A stretch of 64,000 bases of DNA, taken from positions 98,940 through 162,939 of the forward strand of contig JAAOMT010000620.1 in NCBI GenBank assembly GCA_016748015.1. The letters are read 5' to 3'. Below the pieces are notes generated by a model. That model was not told where the DNA came from. It worked only from the letters and a program-made list of their open reading frames with translations, and made no database searches. The translations under genes were made by a program, and so were the position numbers. Shown one piece after another: positions 52,303 through 64,000 of the stretch (within the stretch, counting starts at the first letter, position 1; each line of letters opens with the position of its first letter). The DNA comes from Geosiphon pyriformis uo1. Lineage: Eukaryota > Fungi > Glomeromycota.

Positions 52303-53138
52303 TTAACATCGCGTCCTTCCTCCCGGTGGCAGACAAGTTTTCCCCATTGTGATGTAGAAATATGGACCAGCATTCAATGCTGAATTATATTGAACTGGAG
52401 CATTTAAGCATTCCTAAATAAAAAAGGAAAGTAAATTAAGAAATTCGCATTGGGCCATTTAAAATTATATGTTCAGTATATATGATGCGACATACTTGAC
52501 TCTCATCAACAAAATTTCCACTGCCGTCAAACGCCCCAGGACAACTATACGTTTTTTTTGATTTAGGATCGATCCAATATTCTTTTTCATGATGTACCCA
52601 TCCTGTTGAACCTCTACTGGGACTATTCGCCACAGTATCTTTGCCATTTATCACACGATACAAGTCTGGAATTTCTTGATTAACATATTGAGCGATTCCT
52701 TTATTTCCGACACGTGGTTGACCATAGGTAAAAATCTGAATAGTTTTGGGCTTGAACTCTGATTTTAATATTAGCAGTACCGAAAATAATGCCAGGGCTG
52801 TGGGAAATTTAAATATTTTTAATCGTTTACCTGACTTTTATTCGTAAAAGTGATATTTAATTTGCTCAATAGAATTAAAAATAACATACCACCACCAGAA
52901 TTATGACCAGTCAATATCACATTTGTGTCAGAAGTAACACCTGCGGTGTTTTTAAAGAAGTTGGCTAAATTTTTCTTTCCAGAATTAACGGCAGCATAAA
53001 AGCCACGATGAACTTTGGCATTGGGTGCTAGGGGAAAATCGACCATTGCACTATCCTGAAAAAGGGCATTATCAGTTGCGTGAATGGCTCCTTGAAAAAT
53101 GATCACTAGTAATCCATTGAAATTATCTATGACTGCAG
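52303..53138 (-). CDS. Class 3 lipase homolog, last three exons; catalytic Ser and His substituted; 5' exons not found
   Basis: Spliced translation IIFQG...KVHRGFY...ILTGHNSGGALA...FTYGQPRVGN...YRVINGKDTV...WVHHEKEYWI...ECLN...ALNAGPYFYITMG; canonical introns; TAA at 52303-52305. Confidence 0.85.
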
Positions 53139-53149
53139 CTATTAAAAGA

Positions 53150-55480
53150 AAGAGTATAAAACTTATTATTAATGATTTTTGAATAATACTTAGATAAAAA
53201 TAAAAATAATAAATTTATTTATTTGTAATTGCTTATATTGTAACATATATAATTTTTTTTAAAGAATTATATTTTATTAAAGTGTAAAAAATAACAATTA
53301 ATAATTTTAAAATTAATTGGTTATTAATTTATTTTTATTTTAAACTTAATAAAACGTTTTAACAAAATTACTTTAAATCTTTTATTATAATTATTATTAT
53401 TAATGTTATAATTATCAAAAGTATAAATTGTTTAACTTGAAAATAATTAAAATTTGAACTTTTATACAAAATAGTTTAAATCTTTTAAAAAAACGAGTTT
53501 AAAACTAAAATCAAATATATTTTTTTAAATCGAAAATAATAATACTAACGAACTTATATATAATAGAAAACAAAAAATATTTTATTTTTTTTAAAGAATT
53601 TAAAAAAAAAATCAAAAACCTACATATTATTATAAAACATTTATTAAAATAAAAATTGGTTATTTTTATATATATAATATTGAAAAAAAAAACAATTAGT
53701 ATTTATATTTGTATTTTAAGCTAGAAAAATATGATATTAACTTTTTTTATTTATTGAACATATATTTTTAAAGTAATTGATAAAATTATTAAAATCTGTT
53801 AATTTGTAATTATTAACTTTAAAAACTTAATTTTAGCTAATTTAGCTCTTAATTATTAATTTTTATAAAAAAAACAATATTAAAATCTTTTCTTTTTTGA
53901 ATTAAAAAGAAATTATTGTTTTAAAAAATTAGTTTTACACTGAAAATTCTAAAATTATATTTTTACAAAATATAACTCTTTAATTTTTTAATAAATCTAA
54001 TAAAACAATTATTTCGGGTGGCTGATCACGTGTGGTTTCTGTGCGATACAAGTCTAATGTATGATTATGAATTCGTACGGGATTAGTTTATGGTTGTACC
54101 AAATTTTAAGCAATAAAAATTAAAAAATTATATTTCTTTTTAATCAAAATATTAATATTAAACTCCAAATTTTAATAATTTGAGAACCTAAAATTAGTAA
54201 ACAATAAAAATTAATTCCTGAGAAATTAATATTGAGTAAATTCAGAATTTTAAATATTAAAACCCAATTTAAAAATCTTATTTAAACTGATATTTGATAA
54301 TTCAAAAATAATAATTCATAAAATTAGTATAAAATCAAAAAGAAAATAAAAAGTATCAAAAACAAAAAAAGCTTCTAATAATAATTTGTTCTAGTAGATA
54401 TATATTAATTTGAATAATAATAAAAAATTTAATAAAGATTTTTAACAGAGCAAATACAATTAGTTTAGACAAATTTCAAGTAATATTGACAAATTTGAAA
54501 CAATTAAAATAAAATTCAAATAGTTCAAAAAATAAATTTGTAAAAATTCACTAAAATTCACATTTATCCTCAAAAATTAATTAAATTAAAAAGAACATAA
54601 TATTTTATAATAAATTATGATTTTAAATTAAATTTTAAATTAACTAAATATCTTCAAAATTTTTACCGGTGAAAGTTATTCAAATAAATAAATAAATAAA
54701 TAAAAAACAAATGTTTATTATATTTAAATTAAATTATTTAAGGCAAATTTTAAGCATATATATATACAATTAATTAAATTTACAAATTATTTTACAATAA
54801 TAAAAATCAGTCAAAATTTTATTATCATTATAACATAAAATAATAACATATTTAATGAAATTAAAAAAAATAAACATTTAAAAACTTTTAGTAATATTAT
54901 ATATATTTATATAATAAAAATATAAATTTTTGTAAATTAATAAAATTTCTTAGGATTTATAAGATTGAAAAATATGATAATAATATAATTATAAATATTA
55001 ATACTTTAAGATAATATAGTTTTAATTAACTTAATAATTAGTTATAATTACAAAATTATATTAAGAGTAAGCGAAAATAATAATAATATATTGTATATTT
55101 TATTAAATTTAAATATACATAATTTTTTTATTTAATACTGTAATTTTTTACAGTTGGTTAAATATTTTCATTATAATTTTATATTAGATTCTTTAAAGTC
55201 TAATTTATTATTTAAAAAGGGTTTTATTTAAATTTTAATATATTTTTTTAAAAGCAATTTTTTATTTGTTTTTTATGATAAAAAATTGTATTTTGAATGA
55301 TTAAATTCAGTATAATTAAGTTTTTTAAATATTTTAAATATTGATTATATATTTTTAAAAAAGAATTATAATTTTTGCAAATTCTAAATTAGTTGACTGT
55401 TTATTTTATTGAAAAAAATCATTTAATACATTTTTTTATTATTTTATAAATATATAATTTTTTTGTAAATATCATTCTTG
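53150..55480. other. AT desert (probable decayed insertion) upstream of the lipase exons
   Basis: Very low G+C with one CpG-rich island at ~54015-54100. Confidence 0.4.
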
Positions 55481-55699
55481 TAATATGAAATAGCCAAAAA
55501 GATTGGTAAAGAGTTTATTCAATTTTGATTAAATAGATCATTTTCTTTTTTTTTATTGATACGTAAATAAAGTGTTTTAGTAAAAACTCCCAATCTTCAA
55601 TGTCTAAAATTATAGAGTTTGTTTTGTTTGCATCATAAATACATGCATGCATTTATTGAATCTTTTTGTATTAAAAGATACCAAGTATGCAATCATTTT

Positions 55700-56330
55700 A
55701 ACAAAATACAAAGATGTTTGTGCTATGCTTCGGAAATCAATGTAAACGGATTAGATCGACAGGAAAAGCTAGACAAATTTTTTCGAAAAATTGTATTAGG
55801 TTTGAAAAAAAATTCATGATGTTGAATATACTCATACTGGGAATATTTTTTTGGGGGAAGGAAGGAGGGGTAGATTGCTTGCACACATAATTCAGATGTA
55901 ATTGCAATCAGTGAGTTTGGAATTAGTAAATCAGCAAATTATAATTCATTAGCCACAAATATAATAACAATTTATGGAGTTCTCCCTTATGTAGCTCCTG
56001 AGATTCTTGAAGGTCAAACATGCACTTCTGCATCTGATATTTACGCTTTGATATAGTGATAAATGAAATAGCCTCAGGTTATCCTCCTTTTCGTAACTGT
56101 GATTATGATCTTGCTACTCTACATCACGATATTGTCGATAATACGGAAGCGGCCGAATCTGAATAGTGTCGAAAAAGTTTTTTGAGTAGTTTCAAGAGAA
56201 TTAGATCAGGAATAGTATACAAAATCAAAGTTAAAATGGGATATAAAAGTTAATGACCCATTTAAAACAGCTAATCATCAGTGGACAAAAGTAAAACTCA
56301 CAAATGGGTGGATATTAGACCAAAAAGAAA
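55700..56330 (+). pseudogene. Tyrosine-kinase-like kinase fragment
   Basis: HTGNIF, ISEFGISKSA, IYGVLPYVAPEIL, SASDIYA, EIASGYPPF, with frameshifts and stops. Confidence 0.8.
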
Positions 56331-57096
56331 GGGCTTTGGAGCAAGTTAATAACTTTTTTCTCTACTTCTCTTATTGCTAGCTTTGATCTTAATTAATTCA
56401 TATTTTTGGCAGTACATGTTTTTTTGAACTAAAATTAAAAAAGATTTACTTTAGAAATGTTTAATTTGTCATTATTTCTTTTGAGAATATCAATTTACAT
56501 TTTATAGATAAAACTACGATAATGCTAGTTAATAAATAATATTGAGGGCATTCAAAACGTCATTTTAAAAGGTATTTTTTACTTTGTGACTTTTTTTTGA
56601 AAAGTTGCTAGAAAAAAATATATTATAATTTTTTAAAATTCAAAAGGTAACAAGTCTTTCCGCATGCTCAAAAAAAAACTTGCACAACATATTTCTGCAT
56701 CTTTAACCAATATAAAATTTGGGCTTTACACAAATTTCGTATTTTCTTGGAGATATAATAAGTTCTAAATTAGGAATAGGTTCTAAAGGAATTTTTTTTT
56801 TACCGTGTCTAGTACTATTACAAGTATCCTGGCTACGTATACACTTTGATCATCATCATCATCTGGAGAAAATATAAATTTATTTGGAAACGGGCTTAAC
56901 CCTATTTGGATCCCTAAAAGGTTCTCGAATAGGGGTTTGAATTAAAGTTTCAAAATTGATGATGATGATGCACTCGTTTTAAGAACTGATATTTACTGCT
57001 TGATGATGAAATTAGGATGCACCATATTGTAAACAGACTGGGGCATTTTTTGTATAAAGCGCCATATCATTATAAGTTTTGCTCATCGTTAAAAAT

Positions 57097-57099
<3 letters not shown>

Positions 57100-57128
<29 letters not shown>
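57100..57128. repeat. (TC)n microsatellite
   Basis: Direct inspection. Confidence 0.9.
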
Positions 57129-57130
<2 letters not shown>

Positions 57131-58765
57131 ATTTATGAATACATTTTGAGCAAAATTTTTAATTAAACCAAAACAGAGAAGCCTCGTCAAAATTAAATGG
57201 TAAGATGATGAGATTGTGGGTGAAAAATTTTTGGCTCGGTAACTAGAAAAACATCCAAACAATAATATCAGCATAAATATTCATTTATAGAGAGATTTTA
57301 TAGAAGTGATTTCCGAAACATCAATTGCACATGTGACAAGTATCCTCATCTTTATATAGGAGTCTAGCAATATGACGTATCGTGATTGATTTAACTGATC
57401 TTTTTCTTCATCTTTTGTTTTAATCTTAGATTTAAAAAAGTGCATGAAACCTAATATAGAAAAAAACAAAACTTTTAACCTTAAAACTAATAGTTTCATC
57501 AAAGGTTTATATTTAAATTTTATAAAATTTTTGAGATTGATTTCTATTTTAAAATGTATAAGAAATAGAATATTTTTTTAAAAAAACCATAAATTATAAT
57601 GATGAAGTTATTTATAAAATATAAAAAAAGAACAAGAGTCAAATTACGTTTCAATCATTTGAAAAAAAAAATTAAAAGTTTATTTACACACAAAATATTT
57701 TATATTTTATCAAATAAAAAATTTTAAAATTTAATTTTGAACTTTTTAATTTAATATTTCTCAAGTGATTTATAATTGACATTATTTAAAATTTAAAAAA
57801 TTATTATTAATATTAATTTTTTTAATAAAACTCATTAAAAACAAAAACTTCATCATACTTTTATCTAGGATCAAAATTGAATTAATTAATTACTGATTTT
57901 TCTAATCACCTAATAATTAATTCAATCAATTTAATCAATTATTAACAACGATGATGACGGACAAAAGATACTTACAAAACATTCAAATCCTTCAACTCTA
58001 GTTTTTTCTTTCTTGTAGCTCCAATATTTAATTTAGGAAATCTTTTTTTGATCAAAAAATTTTATTCGTAAAAAAAAAAAAAGAAAAAAGAAGGTAAATA
58101 TTGTAGCCGCTGCAAATCAAACATAAAAACTCATCTTTCCTATATAGTACATTTTCTTTGTTTCTGCTGCTTTTTCCATTTCACTTTAATCTATTTTTAA
58201 TTAAACATCATCAAATAAAAATATAAATAAATATATAAATAAAAGAAAAAAAAGTATCACAAAAAGACCAAATTTGACGGTAACAACTTTGCAAATATTT
58301 TTCACTAAACAAGAAGCTTTGATTATTGATGATGTGGCAAAATTTTTTCAAAGACTTTTAAATAATCTTTTTAAACGAATAAACAAAAAACATATATATA
58401 TTTTTCTTTATTTTTTTTTGATGATGGTACTTATATAACTTTTAATAATAATATGCGGTGAACCAAGCTTTTAAAAAGTTTTAATCTCTTGTGTTTATAT
58501 TTACCAAAATCTCATCTAAAAAGAACTATGCCACAATCAGAGATTTGGAACCATTTACCAGCCAGTTCAGCCAAAAAGTAAAAATTTTCGAAACAATCAC
58601 CCAGGAAACAATAAGTAACAACACATTCAGCTAAAAATCCAAAATAATAATAATAATAATAATATTTAATCTAGCCTCATAACAAATAAAATGCTAAAAA
58701 AAGTAATTTAAAGAAGAGCCTCATAACAAAAGACATAAGTGAGAGCCTCATCAAAACAATTAAAT

Positions 58766-58821
58766 ATACACACACACACACACACATACACACATACATA
58801 TACACACACACATACACACAC
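58766..58821. repeat. Imperfect (CA)n microsatellite
   Basis: Direct inspection. Confidence 0.85.
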
Positions 58822-59981
58822 CCCATTTTCACCATACAAAACCTAAGAAGCCCGATAAAATATTTATAAATATTATTGAAACGCGCGACATATTCATCAA
58901 GAATCACCTTGGTCATCATCTCTTTGTTCAATTCTCTCACAAAATCTACACAATATTCACAATACAAATAAGAAGGCCTGACAAATATAAACAAGGGCCA
59001 CATATAAACAAAATTCCTGCCTTTGAGGCTTGAACCTTCCTGGTTAAAATCGTTTTTCGTTTCCCTGTATAACACCCACCCACCCACCCACCCACCCAAC
59101 CAACCAATCAACCCAATCAACCAACCAACCACCCCTCTCAACAGTTGAGGGTCCTAATTTTGATATACTAACCATAATTGTAATAAAAATTTGGTGTGTG
59201 ATGATTAAAAAAAACATCAAAATAATAAAAAATTTGTATCACAAATTTTTTACCCATTCATCCGTACCCAAATCTGATAAATGGTCAAACATAAAATTCA
59301 AGAAAAACCGAGCGGCCATCAATGATTTACGATACGTCACACCGTAATACTCCGGTTCTCCTTGATGGTAGATCCTTCATGCAACACTGCATTTAAAAAA
59401 AAGTAGATCAAATTACACAAAATCGTCTTGAAAAAATAAAAAATTGAAATCGTCGAGTCATCGCGTTTGTAAAAAAGATCATAAACATCCAATTTATATG
59501 ACAAATCATTCCGTAATTCCCCCAATGTTACAAATAAGTTATAAATAATATTAGATTGTTTTTGGTACAGATTCATGACTGGTTCCCCTCTCTGTCTCTC
59601 TCTCTCTCTCTCCCTCTGCCTCTCTCCTTGAATTTCCAATCTCCCTGATCAGATACTCCGACGATGATTATCATAATAGTGACGGGTACATGATTGATAC
59701 CCTTTTGATATCTGGTTTGATTTTTAGGTTCTACATGACCATGATGTTCACTCGCGGTCTCTCTTACAAACTCGACCTTTTTTGATTTATCTCATGTACG
59801 ACGTACAAAATGGGAAATTAAGGAATTTTCCAAATGGTTAAAAATTTGATATTATTTTTTAATATAAAATTATCAAGTTTAAACCCAATGTAATGGTAAT
59901 TTTAATCCCAATCATTAGAATTGATCCTGAAATTCCCAAACATAAATTCAGAACTAAAAATTTTTGACGCAAAGTATATAA

Positions 59982-60134
59982 GAATAACAATAATAATAAT
60001 AATAATAATAATAAAATAATAATAATAACAATAATAATAATAATAATCATAATAAAAACCTCAACAAAAACCGCAACAACAAACACCACCAACAACAACA
60101 ACAACAAACAACAACAACAACAGCAGCAACAACG

Positions 60135-60171
<37 letters not shown>

Positions 60172-60210
60172 AAAACAATAACAATAATAACAACAACAAA
60201 ACAAAAATAA
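59982..60210. repeat. Compound (AAT)n/(CAA)n microsatellite
   Basis: Direct inspection; it explains the poly-C/V/L/I ORFs on the minus strand. Confidence 0.9.
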
Positions 60211-60474
60211 CAATTGTTAAAAAGTTTGTTTTTGTGAACATCCACAAAAATATCAAATAATAAATATTTGTATTTGTATTTGTATTTATGTGCGGGGGGG
60301 AGGAGAAATTTTAATTCTCTAAATATCACAACGGCGGCAAATATTTTTAGATTTCTTTGAACATGATATCGTTCTCTTTGAAATTTCTTCTCGTTCCCTC
60401 ACTTTAATAATCTCTTTCATAATCATCCAAATCTTTCAAAGTATTTCATTTATACATCTTTTTCCAACAATAAC

Positions 60475-60510
<36 letters not shown>

Positions 60511-60567
60511 TGCTACTTATTTTATCATTATTCTTTTCCAATATATCTATTTCGATTTTCAAACTTT

Positions 60568-61725
60568 ATGAAAATGAATTTTATCTTTGAAAATCCCACG
60601 AAATCAACCTTCTTTTTCACTCATAATAGCACTGATACCAATAATAATAATAATGTCAATAATTATCAGATAACCAACCCATTACCACCACCACCACTAC
60701 AACATTATCATGTTCGAAATCATTTATATCAACATCAAATTCATAATCATATTGATCAATATCATTATAATTCCGTAATCAAAACCAATACCAACACCAA
60801 CACCAACACCAATACCAATACTAATACTACTACTACTACCACTACTACTACCACCACCACCACCACCAACACCACCAACACCCTAACTCCAACCCCATCA
60901 TTTACACCTCTCAAACAAAAAACCCAGGAATTTTTATACCTTTTCCTTCAACTATTTCAATCATCGACTCGTATCTCCGGCGCAGACCATCAAATCTCTC
61001 AACTGTTAATTAACTTTTCAATTTCTCAAAATATTTCACCTACCCAGACATTTTATCTCATTATCACTCAAAAGAATCGTCCTGAATTTGCTACCGTACT
61101 CGGCTATCTTTTACAATACGGAATCGGTACGAGACCCGATGATTTTCTTGCCTTCTCTTTTTACAATCAAGCAGCTAAGCAAGGAAATCCGACGGCACAA
61201 GCAAGATTGGCTTATTGTTTTCGTGAAGGAATTGGAACGTATCCAGATTCAATCAAAGCATTTCATTGGTTCGAGAAATCGGCATTTGCTGGGAATTTTC
61301 ATGCCCAAGTGAATTTAGCATGTGCTTATGAAAACGGGAATGGGTGTCGAGTTAACAAACGAAAAGCTCTATCTTGGTATAAGAGTGCTGCCGAGTTTGG
61401 AGAGCCAAGAATTCAATATGAATTAGCGAGGCGATTAATGTACGAAACGACGCCTGAAATAAGAAATCAACGAAAGGCCGTTATTTGGTTTTCCAAGAGC
61501 GCTCAAACTGGAACCACGATCGAGTCCGAAGAAGAGTTGGCAAAAGCTTATATAACGGGTGCGGGGTTGAATAAGGACGTACATCTGGCTATTAGGCTCG
61601 TCTGTAAATATAAACAGAAAAATCATATGTTAAATAACAACGACGACGTCACCATGACGAATCAACAAACTAATGGTTTGGAAAAGATTTTAAGAGATAT
61701 ATTTGAAAACGTTTGTCCTTTTTAG
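60568..61725 (+). CDS. Sel1-repeat protein (385 aa) with N/T/H-rich low-complexity N-terminus
   Basis: About 5 Sel1 repeats (LGYLLQYGIGT, AQARLAYCFREGIGT, AQVNLACAYENGNG, IQYELARRL, LAKAYITGAG); intact ORF. Confidence 0.88.
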   Translation: MKMNFIFENPTKSTFFFTHNSTDTNNNNNVNNYQITNPLPPPPLQHYHVRNHLYQHQIHNHIDQYHYNSVIKTNTNTNTNTNTNTNTTTTTTTTTTTTTTNTTNTLTPTPSFTPLKQKTQEFLYLFLQLFQSSTRISGADHQISQLLINFSISQNISPTQTFYLIITQKNRPEFATVLGYLLQYGIGTRPDDFLAFSFYNQAAKQGNPTAQARLAYCFREGIGTYPDSIKAFHWFEKSAFAGNFHAQVNLACAYENGNGCRVNKRKALSWYKSAAEFGEPRIQYELARRLMYETTPEIRNQRKAVIWFSKSAQTGTTIESEEELAKAYITGAGLNKDVHLAIRLVCKYKQKNHMLNNNDDVTMTNQQTNGLEKILRDIFENVCPF

Positions 61726-62592
61726 AATAATTTGATTCTGGTAAATCATTTGAAGTGATCGAGATTTCGGTTCAGCTGTTTAGAAAAGAAATTGGACAAT
61801 TTTATTGCCTAGCATCAAGTATCCGAAAAAAAGAATTTTACGGTACCTAAAATATTTTGAGTTGACAATTTAAAAAAAATTCACTCTTTTCATGAAATTC
61901 TTGGGCTACTAATCATCCATTGCACTATATTTCCTCCTCCGAATGTTCACAGTATCTTTATAAGATTTCCTTTTAAACTCAAATACCCTCCACACATTAT
62001 CTTTTACATCAATGTAATAAATATGTATCTAAGTGTATTAGTAAAATTTGTGTCTTGTTCATTGTATTATTACGAAATTTCAAATTCCCATTTCCCTTCT
62101 GCTCTGTTCTCTTATGTTCTGAAATATTAAAAATAAAAATTTAGTTCTGTTTTTTTTAAAAAAAATTTTTTTTTTCAAAGGAATTATCATGTAATTAAAA
62201 TTTAGAAAGCTTTGAAAAGATTAAAAATATGAAAATTATGTTATCCCATCAAGAGATAGACTGAGAGAGATATATTAACATCTTAAAAAGATTTTTAATT
62301 CATATATACATGCTTTTTCCAATTCAAACAAATAAAAGTTGATCGAAATGTTCAATTTCTTAATAGGTATATTTACAAATTAAAACGGGATACATTTGTA
62401 ATTTACAATTAAAAATTTTTGTAGTCTAATGTATCCCATGATGCATAATTCTTTAAATTCAATTAAAATCTTTTGTAAAAATGTTGTTTTCACTTTTAAA
62501 CTTATCGTATTATTAAGAAAGATAAATAAATTAAATGCAAATTTTTTCAAAGCTTAAACAATGAAAAATAAATATAAAAATCTAAATCTGTC

Positions 62593-62630
<38 letters not shown>

Positions 62631-63035
62631 TGCAAAATTATTTAATGAAATTCTATTAATATATTGTTATGTTTTTTATAGTCAAAAAACATAAAAAAAA
62701 CAATATTAAAATATTTCAAAAACCTAAATTGACTAATAATTAAATTTGTGTTAAATTTTTTTTGGAATTAAATTATAATGTTGTGTTCTGAATTACAAAT
62801 TTGTCCTGATTAACAATTGAGATATGTAGTTTTGTGATCAAAATCAAAATATTAATCATTTTCCAAAAATTAATTTTAAATTCTAACTATTTTTCTATTT
62901 AATTTGATTTGATTTGATTTGATTTGAGACACAAAATGAAGATTAATTCTTGGAAAAAATTTTAATTACAACTTTTATTAAAGATAAAAACACTTAATAA
63001 AAAAATCGTCAAATCAGAATATTTTTGGTTTTATT

Positions 63036-63066
<31 letters not shown>

Positions 63067-64000
63067 ATAAAATACATTGAATAAACAACTATTATTTTTG
63101 TTTAATAGCTTTTAAAAAATTTACTAAAGAACAATTCTACTTTTTTACACATATATTAATGAATTATAGTAAAACCAATCTTTGAAATTAACATTCAAAC
63201 AGTTGTTAATTACAAATTAAGAAAACAGGCAAAAACTGTTTACAATAGACAAAATTAGCTATTAAAAGAATAAAAAAATTATTAAAATTTAACAAAAAAA
63301 TTCGATTATTACTTTTAAAAATAAAATGGGGAAAATATTAAAAAAAAAACATTTGACAAAATTAAGTAGAATACTAAGCTTCTCCGTAACGATAAATATT
63401 ATAGCAAATTATTTAAATATGTTATTATGCAACAGATAATTTTTATTAAAGCAATCATTAAAAGTTCAGGTTCAAAGTATAAAATTAATATAAATTAAAA
63501 ATTATCAAAGAATTATTATTTTAAAAATTTTTAATGAATAAATGTAATATTTTATAACAATATTATTATTACATATATATTATATATCAAAAATTGAAGT
63601 TGAAATTAAATTATAAAAACGTTTAATTTAATAATGAAACAGCTTAAAAACAACTTTATTATTGCTTTCAAGATTTGAAAAGTTTCTAAAATAAAAAATA
63701 TTTATCAGGTTTATAAAATTTCATTTAAAATATACTTTACAATTATATTTTTTTTTGTTTATCAATTTCAATTACAGATAACTATATATTTTTTATATGT
63801 TTTCATTTAGCATTGACATTATATTTTTTTCACAATATTTAAAGTCTCAATCCTCAAATAACGGTTTAAAGTTATTTTGTGACAAAATAAAGCATTTTCT
63901 TGAGTGATTTATCTGCTGAACTTTGTATCTGCTTCAATTAAACACTTATGGTTCCGAACAGCTTTCAGGTAGCTGCATAATTAGTTCTTTATTCGTTCCA

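Noticed and set aside
56640-57502. Possible pseudogene paralog of the two-TM gene, or the missing lipase 5' exons
   Set aside because: Only vague resemblance; no consistent frame, TM2 or lipase motif could be assembled.
58500-59830. Possible degraded minus-strand gene
   Set aside because: Protein-like patches are broken by microsatellites and stops; no family I can recognise.
59859-60329. Poly-Cys/Val/Leu ORFs
   Set aside because: Translations of (CAA)n/(AAT)n microsatellites.

Overview
AT-rich, intron-containing eukaryotic (fungal) DNA. The mix of tyrosine-kinase-like kinases, Sel1-repeat proteins, a class 3 lipase and RNase H-bearing LINEs points to Glomeromycota (arbuscular mycorrhizal fungi or a relative such as Geosiphon); this is an inference. 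Host genes: a small secreted N/Q/G-repeat peptide precursor, a 5-exon kinase-Sel1 gene interrupted by two in-frame TGA codons, a large multi-exon Trp-repeat/CCHC zinc-knuckle (CnjB-like) gene, a two-TM protein with DEG/ENaC-like motifs, a class 3 lipase lacking catalytic Ser and His, and a stand-alone Sel1 protein. Mobile DNA: a nearly intact LINE, a tail-to-tail colinear LINE saturated with C>T/G>A transitions, a 4.27-kb pogo-type element that splits a kinase gene and carries a TilS-like host fragment, and a Tc1/mariner remnant. There is also a CpG-rich 51-nt tandem array and several extremely AT-rich deserts. The strongest system-level signal is RIP-like transition hypermutation of repeats, not restricted to CpG and visible at several stages. 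All gene models and alignments were made by eye.
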